DNA of 64,000 bases, taken from Basidiobolus meristosporus CBS 931.73 (lineage: Eukaryota > Fungi > Basidiobolomycota). The notes under the pieces are model-generated. The model saw only the letters and a list, made by a program, of their open reading frames with translations. It had not been told where the DNA came from and did not search any database. Numbering within the stretch: the stretch's first letter is position 1; every line of letters begins with the position of its first letter. Position numbers and translations under genes: made by a program. Where the stretch lies: the NCBI GenBank assembly GCA_002104905.1, contig MCFE01000060.1, forward strand, positions 130,043-194,042, written 5' to 3'. Shown here in pieces: positions 51,681 to 64,000 of the stretch.

Positions 51681-53869
51681 CATGTGCAGAGCACCTCATA
51701 ATATTTGGTTGTTTAGCATATGTAAAAATACTGTCTGGAATTTGATCAATGCTTGAGCCAAAAATTGCAAATACATATTATTGAGCTACTGCAGTGAGAG
51801 TAAGGCAAAAGGATGCTTCAATATGAAGGCAAAGAAGCCATTGATGTCCAAGGATGTGCTGTTTGATCAAAGTGTGAAATGTTTTCAAGGTAGGACTTCA
51901 GACAAAGGCAAAAATACCATTTCCAGTCCATCAATAGTCAGGATTGAATCAGAGCAAAACAATGCTGTTTATTGCACTCCAGACAGTTCTGCAACTATGA
52001 ATTAGCCTTGATTGGTATGCAAGAATATCTCTCTGGTGACCACTCCAATATTACAAAGCATATGATCCAACCAGATCAGAAATGGTCCAAATTACTGTTC
52101 AATCAGCAGACAATCTGAGCTTATGCCTGCTCAGTTGGTACAGATGGACCCCAAACAGATAGAATACTCTTGAGCCAAAATACCAGTCAACACTAAAACC
52201 TTTGTACTGGTAGTCAAGCATGATTCCACCTAATTGTTATTGGCTATAGATACCAAATACAGGTTCTCAATCATCCGCTGAATGTAAAAACTGCTTCATT
52301 GAATGAGGAACTTGATAAGGATGTGTACATACACCAGCCTTATGGGATTACTGACCAGGATCATACTTATCTGGTGTGCAAGCTTAAAAAAACTTTATAA
52401 TGTGTTAAACAATCACTAAGAGCCTGGAATTGCAAAATGGATTTTTTTTGGAATCTATGAGTTTCTAAAGAAGTACCACTGACTAAGGTATCTACTATAA
52501 GTCAGATAGAGCAAATCCAGCTCTTTTGGCTCAATATGTGGATGATCTCACTATAGCCTCTATTAACCAAGAAGCATTGGCAGACACTAGAATCAGTCTA
52601 TTGAAGATGTTTAAAATGTCCAACTGGGAGTGCTCAGTTACTACTTAAGGATATGTTCCTCCATAGACAGAAACGCCCAGATCTTTACCTCAAGCCAGTC
52701 TAAGTATATTCAAGGTAAACTCAGAAATCCCCAAGTGGAACACTTTCAACCAGCAGCTAGGTACTATGGAGACAAACATCCTGTTAATCAAATGCAACCA
52801 AATAAAGAGAACTTGGTGTCATTTTGAGGACCAGGCTCCCTTACCAACATATGGCTGGCAGCTTGATGTATACTTCACTAGGAAAACATCCAGATATCTC
52901 ATATTCAGTGGGAGTTGTCAGCTAATCTTACCAGAACAATGGATTTGATCATATTGCAGTAGTTGAGCATATTTTTAGATACCTGAAAGGTACTGCTGAC
53001 ATCTGCTCAAGGTTCACATTTAAGGGCTCAGAGCAGGATCTATTGGGAAGCTCTGATGCTGATTTGGATCAAAATTTTGAAGACAAAAGACCTGCCACAA
53101 GATACACATCTTTATACTGCAAAGGAGCAATCTTATGGAAGTCAAGAAAGCAACCAACTATAGCACTTTCCATCATATTAGCAGAGTATATGGCAGTCTA
53201 TGAGGGTACAAAAGTAGCAATAAGGCCAGTAAAACTGCTTAAAGACTTAGGCTTATATCACAAAGCCCCTACCACTTTGTTTCAAGATAATCATGGATGC
53301 ATAAAATAGGTAGAAATCAAACTTTCCATGGTTAAGCTGAGCACATAGATATTAGACATCATACATGTGTAAAGCTATAGAGAATAGACTTGTTGGTTTA
53401 GCTCACTGTCCTACAGATGAGATGATTGCAAACATACTCACCAAGCCATTGACTGGTGGCATGTTTGCATGTCCAGATCACAATTAGGACTTGTTAGCAC
53501 TGGCAATTAGTTAAGTGGGAGTGTTGTTAAAACTTGTAGGTGCTCCTGAGTGTTCACCTGACTTAGTCATTTATACCTTTACCTACAAATCTGCAAGGGT
53601 TCTGACCAAATTCCTTGTTGGAATTCACTTGGAATATCTTGCTAAAACATCAGGTAACCACAACATGAGATCACTCAAAGTTGCCTAAGCAGCCCTAAAC
53701 TTTGCTTACATGTGATTGGGACCTTTGCAAGCCTGTTCTCCACATTTGCTTTGCCAAGATCATGCCAAAGTATAAATACCACATTTACAACTCTTGTATC
53801 ATTAAGTGAAACCCACATAAGTTATTTGTACTCCTGGTCACCTCATGTACCTCCAAAGCACTTGAAACA
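51681..53869 (+). mobile_element. Decayed Copia family D (IN C-terminus, RT, RH, 3' LTR 53522-53869); 45244-45325 belongs to the same element
   Basis: HLIIFGCLAYV; RH WKSRKQPTIALSIILAEYMA; PPT-like AAGTGGGAG before TGTTG. Confidence 0.85.
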
Positions 53870-54229
53870 GTATTTCTTTATCATTGCACCTGAGTATTGC
53901 CCAAACATACCCATTTGAATTGCCACCTACAATCCTTAGAGAACTCTAACCAAATCCCTTAACATTGTATAAAGAGCTTGCATCAAGATAAGCAGCCCCA
54001 GACTTTGTCCACATGTTATTTTGCCATGATCATGCTTGGAAATTCTGGGGCTGTTGGGACAGCTTAGAGACCTTTGATTTTTTAGGTACCTGATATCTTG
54101 GTGAAGAAATTCCAAGCAAATCCCTACAAGCCATCTGGTAAGGCATCTCTGTAACTTATAGTCAATGATCTGGGTGACCAAGTTAGGTGTATATTTTGGT
54201 GTAATTACAAATCTAACAATAGAGTCCAT

Positions 54230-54720
54230 GTTGTTGTCATGTTCTTCTCACTATCAATGTCTCCAACACTCAAGCACAACAACACTCATCCAGCAATGGA
54301 CACAAATTGCAATCCAGACTGGATGGCATTTCAGGCCTCAACATTACAGAGGCTACCATCAAATATCTGCCAAGAGACAAGATGATTGGCAGTACATGCA
54401 GGATGTAGAAAATCAGTGGCCAGCAGGATTTGCTGAGAGAGCCCTTGTTTGATGAAATTCTAACCAGCACCAAGGCAAGGTAATTGTCACAAATACCTTC
54501 AGACAAGCACTTGCATTTTGGGTGTATGCTATAGAGTTAGTTCATTGGACTGTGCCCAGGAGTATTGCACAATCATTGATTGCAAAGATTGAATGAGTGC
54601 CATACCATCCCCTCCAGTAGTCAAGACTGCTCTTGCACAATTTTGCACTATATGGTATGCTCTTAAACATTATAACACTTTATGAGACAATGATGCTGGT
54701 TTGGACAAATGCACAACCTA
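54230..54720 (-). pseudogene. More diverged Tnp2-like transposase fragment
   Basis: SLSKSCWPLIFYIL...RPEMPSSLDCNLCPLLDE matches the Tnp2 block in the C copies. Confidence 0.7.
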
Positions 54721-57408
54721 CAATACTTCTATCATGTGGGCAGTTGAGTCCTATTTGTATGGTAGGTAAATCCTGTATTTGGAGTTGTTTCATTAGTTAG
54801 AGAGGTGGTTAATATGTACCACACCATAGGCTTTATTGTAGCTTACCATTTCTGCTACCATCATCTTGATTGGATGGAGTGTCATTGTTTGATGGGTACT
54901 GAGGTGTCCTGATGCTGTCAGCATCCAACTGGTCCAACATCTCAGATAGTGGCCACCTGGTTTGTTAGCAGGTGTCTGAGCTAGTTGACTGGAGGAGGTG
55001 TCATAGCAAGCATGCAGCTAATCAGGCAAAAGCAAATGAAATCATGGAATTGCACTGGTGTGAACATAAAGTGTGTATATGTAGGATGCTTATCCATAGG
55101 GGGATTGTCTCAGGTCTGTGACCAACTGGATATCACTTATACTAAGATATAAAATAATTAGTAGATTGCAACACACCCAAAGCAATCAAATCATTGCTCC
55201 CTTGTACACTTCTCCCAAAGGAATTATTACTCAAGTGTTTGGTGGTGACACACATTGCACATCTATACCACTTGCTTGTTGCTATCATCCTAACCATGTG
55301 TGTACTGGTAGTCAGTGTTTTTCATCCTAGTTGCCAAGTTCAGTGCTCTAGATTGGTTGCACTGAGTTGTGTTGTAAGAGTTTTGGAGCTATTAAAGGTG
55401 ATGGGGAAAATAAGTAGATCGTGTGGCTTTCACTTAATAATTCAATGAATGCAAAAACAATATTGATGCTTTCGCATGGTCTTGACAATACAGGCATCTA
55501 GATTATGCTTAGGATGGTCTCAAGTGCATGGGTGAAAGGTTTTGAGCTGCTAGGACAACCTCTCAATTATATAACCAGCAAGAGAGTTGCAAAACAGCCA
55601 TTGGATTGGGTTGGCTGTTGGGCAGGTTCCAATTTCATTTGTCCTCAGGATTCTTCCAGAACTCCGCGCGATCGTGACTTCCGAGATACTGACCATGCAT
55701 GCATGAACCATGGCCACACCAATAGTCGGTGGAGATCTTCCCTCTTCACCATGGAATTGATGATTTCAAAGGCCACCACATAGCCCCTTGTTTGTGCTCC
55801 ACGTTTCCCGTCATGCCATCGGTGCGCCTTTGCCAGCCAACCTCTTATCGAGATTCTGTGGTGCTTCCACGGCATTACAATTCCCCCATCCAGGAGGGAA
55901 TGGTTCAGGGAAATGGTTCAGGGAATGGTTTACCCTTGGCCAAGATCGGACCGATAAGGGGAAATTGTAATGCTCGATATCTACTTGCATCTGGGGGTCG
56001 AAGGCACCTTCAAAGTCCCAGACAACATGCCTCGATAGCCACCTGGACGTCCATCACGATTGCCAGCCAACAGGATAGAAAAGACGGGGCCATTCACAGG
56101 TGTGTGAAAGCCCTACTGCGCCGCTACCCATGGTGTACACCCGAGAATCGCCCCGATTTGGCGCAGGGCCTTCACCCCATCGACATGTTACTTCCCAGCC
56201 CGCACACCCGCTTTAACCAGATGTGTGCAGTTGTGGGATGTGGTGCGCGCAAGCCAATGATCCGAGGGTGGGTATCGATCAAGGAAACATCTGGAAGAGA
56301 GGGACGCCAACGTGAAAGCCATTTGGTGGAGAAATCGTGAGAACAGCTGTCTGTCGAGCGGAGGATTGGACCGCCCAACACCTGGCTCGCTTCGCCCGGT
56401 CTCCTGCCTCACATGCGATAACATATCTGCCCAGTATCCATATGGGGCACGTAATATGTGCAAATCCAGCCGAAATACCATTTTGGGTGGTGAACGTTCG
56501 GCGAAAGGTGAGCAGTCACCGTTGCACCCTCCTCCTCCAATATTTCTTACAGCTCGGCTTGGAAGCCACGTTTCTCTTCGAGTACTCTCGCCTAGGTGAC
56601 CCTATTCGCCTATCAAGTTGCCCTACTTCCCAAGACGCCGTCACTCGTGATCTCTTCGCAAGTAGATACAGGGAAGAGTTGCGGAAGCCGGTACCATCCT
56701 TCCCAGGCCTGGGTTGGGAGAAGAGGGGCTGGCTTGGCATGACCTGGCGAGTCTGCCAGCCATCTAATCGGATGCCGGTCACGGAAAGGACGACGTAAAG
56801 AACAGCCTTAGGAGCCCACGAGGAAGAACCAGGCGTGTGGGAAAGAGGGTGGCTTGCGAGGGCATTTGCCTGGCTTGGCGGCTGGACATAACCGAGGAGT
56901 CCAGGATGGTCACTCCATGTTTGGCAAGGTGGATTTATGAGGAAATAGAAAACATATGATCATTCGAACCCGAGATGAAATTTGGTCACAACCTATCGAG
57001 TACTATGAGAACTAGGTCTAGCACAAGAGTGAGGGCGAGGGCGAGGTCGAAGGAATTTGGGAATGGGATAGGATGATTCGCAAACGGCCTGGCCAGAGAT
57101 GATTGGCCCTTTAATCAAATGCCATCAGTTCATTTAATATCACGATCCGGATACATGTCAAATGGAAAACATGAAGAGATTCGAACGAATCAGCATGTTC
57201 CCTTTTTGACCCTAGGGCGAGGGAAACAAACTCACCCTCACTTCGAGTCAAATCACTCGGTGGAATATTCCCCCGTAACGGAGTGGCGAGGCCTGATGAT
57301 CGAGGGGGATTTTTTCTCCTCTCCTAAGTACTCGGACTCGTACTCGCACCCGCACCCGCACCCCTACCAGTACTTGTGCCTATACCCATAATCACTGCAC
57401 GCGCTACC

Positions 57409-58398
57409 ATGGGGTTACTCTGGATACTCGTGGCCCTCTTCATCGCGGGCTCTTTCTATTTCTTTAACGGCAAGGCTGCACCCTCCTCCAACGCCGCTAC
57501 CGGGGACGTGAAGCAGCTGACGAAAAAGAAGAAGAAGAGCAAATCGAAGGCTTCCCAAGGAGAGGCTTCGGTGGGGGCGGTGGAGGTGAAGGGCCAAGCC
57601 CAACAATCTACCCCCGCCGTGCCCGAACCCACAGCGCAGAAGAAGGGGAAGAAGGCCAAACCCACCGTCGAAGCCAAAAAGACCAACGTGAAAGAAGCCC
57701 CGGTGGTGAAGCCCACCAAACCGGAACCCTCCACCGAGTCGAAGAAGAAGAAGAAGAAGGCAGCCCCGGCTCCTAGTGAGCCCTCAGAGAAGTCAACCCC
57801 CAAGGTCGAACAGCCAACCAAAACCCTCCCTGCCTCACATTCGCCGAAACAACCCTCCGACTCGAAGAAAAACAACCCCTTGGCTGCGGAAGGGGACCCC
57901 ACCTCGACAAACCCCATCGCAGGGGCGGAAAGGAATAAAGAGGAGGCATGGTATAAAGAGGAGGTTGCGAAACCCCCGGCGAGAGTAATGAAGATCAAGG
58001 GACCCGAACCAGAAAGTGCCTCGGAGGAAGAGCCAGAGGAGGGATGGATCAAGATCAAGAGGACCGTACACTCCCCCAAACCACCGGCCAGAATCCCGAC
58101 CAACATCGAGCTGCTAGAGGAAAAGACGGTCACCGGTCAGCCCATCCTGACCAAGACCCAGCGCAAAAACGCCCGTCGGGCCCTGAAACGGAAAGAGGAA
58201 AGGGATGCCTTCCAGCAGCAGCAGGAGGTCCGCTTGCGCCAGCATCGTCGAGAGCTCATGAACGCACGAATCCACTCCAAAGATTACGCGCCCAAGCCGG
58301 AGGCGTCCAGATGGAACGTTCTCAGGTCGGAGGAGGAGGATGCGAACGAGGATGTGGACAATGCATCCAACAACACCGGCCTGATCTGGGATGTGTGA
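57409..58398 (+). CDS. Uncharacterised protein: N-terminal membrane anchor, Lys/Pro-rich disordered middle, basic helical C-terminal motif
   Basis: ATG in ACCATGG context at 57409; GLLWILVALFIAGSFYFF hydrophobic stretch; LTKTQRKNARRALKRKEE...RLRQHRREL; intronless open frame. Confidence 0.82.
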   Translation: MGLLWILVALFIAGSFYFFNGKAAPSSNAATGDVKQLTKKKKKSKSKASQGEASVGAVEVKGQAQQSTPAVPEPTAQKKGKKAKPTVEAKKTNVKEAPVVKPTKPEPSTESKKKKKKAAPAPSEPSEKSTPKVEQPTKTLPASHSPKQPSDSKKNNPLAAEGDPTSTNPIAGAERNKEEAWYKEEVAKPPARVMKIKGPEPESASEEEPEEGWIKIKRTVHSPKPPARIPTNIELLEEKTVTGQPILTKTQRKNARRALKRKEERDAFQQQQEVRLRQHRRELMNARIHSKDYAPKPEASRWNVLRSEEEDANEDVDNASNNTGLIWDV

Positions 58399-59988
58399 GG
58401 CACCACCGCTCCGGAAACCACTGCACTCACCACACCACGGCGGTATCCAGGCATATTCCATATGTACGATTCATCACTGATAATAAACAAACCAATTGCA
58501 CCGCCACATCTGTATCCTAACCCTACGCCAGGCCCCTTTCATTGCGGAAGTCCAGAATTGGGAAATCGGACGGAGCTATCGGCAGCATCCGAAAATCCCT
58601 GTCCCTGGTTGGCGATGGGTTGGGACTTGCCAAGGTCGACCCGGATTTGGCTTGATAACAGCAACAAGGTTAAAGTTCGAACCAGCGCCTGCTCTCCCAA
58701 CCATTACCACGGCCACGCGACGCACACCGAGAATAGCTAGATTGCCGCCAACCTCGCCTTGCCATTCCATTGTTGAGGGTGGAATGCATGGTATGGTAAC
58801 CTATGGTGATGGATCCCCGAAATCCGGATCCGCCATTGGCTCAGATGTGGATTGGGTGGTCGAGTTCATCCTCTCGTGATCCAATGGGTGGCTCGATGTT
58901 CTGTCCACCCTCTCGAGCAGGGAATGCCTGCCGACTAGAACAGGTGGCGTGGCGAGCACTTCTTGTTGAAAACACCTAGGCAATGTCGCACACGATCAAG
59001 TGGACATCCAGACAATGTTGCACACGATCGAAGGCCTAGAGTGGGATAGCTGGACGGGATATCTAGGCAACCAAGTGCACTAACCATTTCCAGCAGATTA
59101 GTAGATATAAACTAACTCTATATGTTAAATTCCATTTGAATTTTCCGTTCGCCATCTGCCTCAGGATGGCCTCAGGATGACCAGTTGATGACTCCTAAAT
59201 GCCCAGCACTCTGACCATAAATGGCGTTTCTTCTATGCCACATATGGCAATCTGGTAATCGATGGGATTGCGATTGAAGCAGCCATCAACCATCCGCATT
59301 TCAGAGCAAATCTATCCCTATTCATGTGACAGCAGCGAAGAGGACGCTGTCGAATGAACACTGTGTCACTGGTCGACATCCAACTGGTGGGGCAGGTGAT
59401 AACCGTGGTGGCTGACTGGACATGTTGCCTGAATCTGGCTCTAGAGGGCTTATTGCTCAATGCCTTAGCGTATCGAGTCCTTGTTGGTGTTTCTCACTGG
59501 GTGTGACGTTGTTGTTTCAAATTGGGTCGAGACCAGGAACACAGAAAGTATATACTAAACATGATCGGCCGGTTTGGCCAGATGCACCAATCAGATGGGG
59601 GAGATGCATATTGTGAAAAAGAAGGTGAAGGGAGGCCTAGATTCCGGGATCTGGAAACATCCTTGACTTGACTAGGTATTGTTGAGAAGTATGGCTAGAT
59701 TAATGTGTTTTGGTTGATGAGGATCTAGTTCTCGACGAGCCTTCTGGCCCTTGGATGCTTATAATCACCCATCCACATATATACCGGCGGTGCTCGCTTT
59801 TTTTTCCCTATTTTCGTTAGATTTAGCCAAACAGCATATATATCATCTGCAGGAACTGCCAGCTCCTACTCAGACTCATAAACACTCCCGCTCCCTCACT
59901 CGTTTTATTTCGTCCAAGGCTCGTTGATCCATCCAAAATTCCCTCTTTACTTCGTCTCGAACCTCCCCTCTACACAAGTGTCCTAAAC

Positions 59989-61393
59989 ATGGCACCCTTG
60001 CAAGCTTCACTCGGCACCTCACCTCACTCCAACCCACACACCCCCATCACCGTTTGCCTCGTTGGCGCAGGGACCTGGGGCTCTACTTATCACACCTTCG
60101 CCTTGAAATACCCACACCTGATGAAGATTGTGGCCGTCGTATCCCCGGTGAAGTTTCGTCGCAATACTCTCGCTCAGGTAAACGAGACACACCTTCGGAA
60201 GACAGAGATGACTCGACGCTAACGTACCTTTCCCCTAGAGACTAGACCTTCCCTCCGAGCGTGTGTTCAGCGACTGGAGAGAGCTGGCCAGCCTCCCCAA
60301 AATCGCGGACGCGGTGCTCATCACCACCAGCGACTCCTCCGTGTACGAGGCGTGCATGCTCTTCGCCCAACTGAAGTACCACATCCTATTGGAAGAGCCC
60401 CACGACATCGACATCCAAAAATGTCACGCGATCGTTGAGGCGGCTGCCCAGAACTCGGTGGTGTTCTCGGTAGGAAATTCCATCCGGTACACCTCCTGTA
60501 ACCGCACCCTGAAAAAGATCGTCGATTCGGGATCCATCGGGGAGATTATGAGCATCCAGCACTTGGAAAAGATTGGATTTCAATCATTGCCCTATTCGGT
60601 AAGATTTCTGATGGATTGGTCTTGCGAGCTGGACTAACCGGATCTCTCCCTCTAGATCACCAAGAGCTCTCGTAGACACCAAGACAGCTCCCTCGCCCTG
60701 GTCACGAAAAACATCGATGGCATCGAGCTGGTCAGCTGGTTGATGGACTCCCCGTGTCGTAAGATCAGTGCATTTGGAAACATGTTCCAGAATGCCAACA
60801 AGAAGTCCGAATGCGCTTTCCTGACCGGCAAGTCCTGCGCGAACCCAGTGGTCATCCAAGAGTCCCGGTGGGCGCCCTACTCGAGCGACTCATTGTACTA
60901 CGACATCCCCACCGGATTCTCTCCCTTCAACCACCTCGCCACGCCCGCGCCCAGTCCATTGGAGACCGACATCTACAAAAACCACGTCGTGAACATGGAG
61001 TTCGACGAAGGAAAGACCTGTAGCTTCACATTGATCTCCGGCGGATTGGAGACCTCCCGTACCACTCGTATCTTCGGCACGTTAGGGGAGCTCGAATGCG
61101 ACGGGAACGTCATCCGACAGTTCGACTTTCTCACCCGTCGCAGCGAGCTCATCCGGCCGGATGTGGATGCGGCTGAGCAAGCGGCCGACCACGACGGTGA
61201 CTACGGACTGATCGAAGAGTTCCTCGAGAATATCCGCTGGGGACGTGGCCAGTGGGGTCCCGAGCATGGTTTCGAAGAGCTCCGATCCAGGATGTACGTA
61301 CTTGCCGCTGAGCAGGCTCAGGCGTCTGGCTCGGTGGTCAACGTCGACGACTGCCGCACCAAATGGTTTGGAGACGTGATGGAAGTTTACTAG
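59989..61393 (+). CDS. Gfo/Idh/MocA-family oxidoreductase-like protein; exons 59989-60177, 60239-60598, 60656-61393 (428 aa)
   Basis: VCLVGAGTWG Rossmann motif; ADAVLITT, YHILLEEP, SGSIGEI, TRIFGTLGELE; both introns are GT-AG with CTAAC and preserve frame. Confidence 0.9.
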
Positions 61394-62263
61394 ACCGACA
61401 GGCGGCTGCGACATCCACACCCACCCAATGTTCCATATCCATCAATCTCGATCACGTAGTGAACTGTTTATTCTATCCAACCACATACCTCCACCCCTCA
61501 TCCTCAGCTACACATACACACCCACCACACTGTTTAATTATTCTCCTCCGATGCAACCCGATTGTTCATACCACCAAGCCTTCTTTCACTTTCCCCAATC
61601 TGCTGCTCGCTTTTCCCAACGTTCCTGTTCCTGGCCCTTGTACATTTTGATGTATTAGTAATGAGTCTAGTCCGCTAGGCCTCGTTCCTATCACTGATCC
61701 AATATTAAACAAACCGAATATTCTTGATTTGCCAGTAACTTGCTATCGATCGCCTTCGAATTGGGCAGCGGATGTTGTCACCAGAAGCAAGGCCCGGCTG
61801 ATGATTGGTGGCTCTCGTTCCTCAAGCCTCGAGGGCTCCAGGGATTCTGGCCCCAATTGTTGGGGAGAGTCGGGTGACCGATATAGATATGGATTAATGA
61901 ATCCCGTGAAGAGGAAAGCGGATCTTGATCGGTGGTGCTGCACTGACCGCTGTCTTCCTCGTGACGGATCACTGAGTGACCTTCAGTGACACGACTTGTG
62001 CGTCCGATGGGGATGAGTAAGATGAGTCAGCCTGGGCTCGTGATTCCATGGATCAGGCAATTCCCTATGTTTAGGACCGGTATTTATTCGAGTGAATATT
62101 GGAGAATCTACAAGTGCCAACAAATCGACATTATATGAAACATAGGTGTGGTTTACATGCGGGTGCTGATGTGTCGCGTGGGGTATGGTGGGTGGCGGGT
62201 GTGGATGGAAGTGGATGCAAGGCGGTGGGGGTGGGGTGAATGGCGGAAGGGAGCCGGATGGAT

Positions 62264-63818
62264 CTAGTGATCATTGGCAATCTCGTCCACGCTTCTTCCC
62301 TTCGTCTCGGGAACGAAGATGTAGTCGAAAATTAAAAATACAAAGTTCAAGACGGTGAAGATGATGAACACCTTGGATCCCATGGCGTTGATCAGGGTGG
62401 GGAAGATGAAGCCGATGATGAAGTTGCAGATCCAGTTCACGGTGGTCGCCGCGGACACCACCACCCCCACGGCCCAGGTGGGGACCAACTCGGGGGTGAT
62501 CATAAATGGCACGCACCCGAGGCCGATGTTGAAGCTTGCGGCAAAGCAAATCACGGAGAGCACCTTCAATGCGTTCACATGTGTGGCATCCCCAATCACC
62601 AGCAGCAAAGCAAACAAACCCATGCCCGCAGAACTGGTCATCAACAAGGGTCTTCTACCAAATCGATCCACGATGAACGAGATGATACAGTTGATGACGA
62701 AGTTCAGGGCAGAGATCCCGACCGTGACCCCGGACGCAGCATCGGCCCCGGTGGCCTCGGTAAGAATCGCGGTAGAGTAGAAGCTCACGCCGTTGATACC
62801 GGAGAGTTGCTGGGAGGCATGGATGACGATACCGATCAAGAGCATCTTGCGCACGAATCTGTCGGCCAACACATCCTTGATTCTGGCAAGAAGGCTGGAT
62901 TCCTTGTGTCCGGAGGACAGGTCATGCTGGTGTTGGGTTCCTTGGACGCCCACGCACATGTCGCTGAACTCGTTCTCGATGTAAGCCCCCTTGCGAAGTT
63001 TCTGAAGGGTGCTCTTGGCCTGGTCAAGCCTGTTCTTGGAGATCAGGTATCTGGGGGTTTCTGGACAGAAGAGCATGAATGCCATTTGCAAGATGGCCGG
63101 GGCGGCAGTCAGGGCAAAGATGCCTCTCCAGGTGGGGACCTCGGACATACCAAGGCCAAGTGCCTGGGAGATGAAAATGCCCAAAGCCAGGAAAATCTGG
63201 AGAATGGCGCCCATGGCACCACGGTACCGGGTGGTAGATACCTCGGCGATGTACATAGGTACCGTTGCTGACCCGGCACCGCTACCCACACCAACGAAGA
63301 AACGACCAATGGCGAACATGGGTACATTGACGGATGCGGCCAACAGGACGGCGCCAATGATGAAATTAATGTTGTTCCAAAAAAGGACGGTGCGTCTTCC
63401 ATATCTGTCGGAACATGGACCAGCGAAAAATCCACCAACCAGACCTCCGATGGCAAACACTCCAACGCAGAAGCCCCTATTTTCCGATGGGTTAGTAATG
63501 GTCGATGTGCGGGGAAGGCGAATGGGAAGGGGAAGGGGAAGGCGAAGGGGAAGAAGGGAATAGAAGCAGGCCTACCAAATCCAATCGCCCATGGGAAGGC
63601 AGTTGGGAATGGACCCTCCGCCGTCAGGGTCTGCGCAGTTACGAATGATCTTCTCGGGGTTGTTGGCGCGCCCGTGTTGTAACCCATGTTGAAGGAAGCT
63701 AAGGCAGCGATCACACAGGAGAAGAAAATATACCAAGTGAAGCCTTGTTGTCTGGAGTCAACAAGGCTCCGGTGGCAAATCCATTATTCTCCTCCTAACA
63801 TCACCTCCGGAAACCCAT
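62264..63818 (-). CDS. MFS sugar porter (GLUT/SLC2A-like); exon 62264-63476, intron 63477-63575, upstream exon with an apparent frameshift at ~63665; start at 63818 tentative
   Basis: SFNMGYNTG, SDRYGRR, PMYIAEVS, PETPRYL, QQLSGINGV, VDRFGRR, PETKGRS; TACTAAC branch point. The 14-nt first exon needs a weak GTGATG donor. Confidence 0.88.
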
Positions 63819-64000
63819 TGCGATTTTTTTCGTGGATGCTTCAGCCATAGCGGGTGACGATTTCTGGATACTTGTCTGTTCAATGGTCGTGAGAGAGTAA
63901 TGAAGCAGGCAAGCCTAGCAGTTGTCTAATTTTCATCGGTGGGACAGCGAGTGTATTTTATAGGGGTACGAGTTGACCGTCGCCGTACCATCCTCGGTTC

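Noticed and set aside
1-55660. Classical ascomycete CpA-type RIP
   Set aside because: CA/TG dinucleotides remain abundant and the visible loss is of CG. Not quantified.
55729-56798. ORFs of 203 aa and 153 aa as genes
   Set aside because: No recognisable motif, non-ATG or weak starts, and GC-rich sequence makes chance ORFs likely. A real gene cannot be fully excluded.
57456-63271. Long antisense or alternate-frame ORFs (57456..58133, 58044..58520, 62579..63271)
   Set aside because: Shadows of the GC-rich real genes they overlap.

Overview
Eukaryotic (fungal-like; short GT-AG introns with CTAAC branch points) window in two compartments. 1-~55660 is an AT-rich, CpG-depleted nest of mostly decayed transposons: two non-chromoviral Ty3/Gypsy families (A: 1.1-1.2 kb LTR with a terminal hairpin and an internal hairpin/G-tract array; B: ~365 bp LTR), at least three Ty1/Copia LTR types (one near-intact 4.7 kb copy with half-tRNAiMet PBS), five copies/fragments of a CACTA/CMC-like (Tnp2) DNA transposon with CCCTA termini, a 3-bp TSD and a divergently oriented second gene, and a 107-bp tandem array. 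LTR ends, TSDs, PBS/PPT and nesting order can be read from the sequence. ~55660-64000 is GC- and CpG-rich host sequence with three genes: a membrane-anchored Lys-rich protein, a Gfo/Idh/MocA oxidoreductase-like gene lacking the usual catalytic motifs, and a GLUT-like sugar porter with an apparent 1-nt frameshift. Most notable: a ~300 bp foreign fragment encoding a giant-virus-like Cys/His motif that replaces the gag zinc knuckle of a Gypsy copy, the CCCTA two-gene transposon, the structured Gypsy LTR and the dimeric 107-bp array. Alignments were done by eye; no searches were run.
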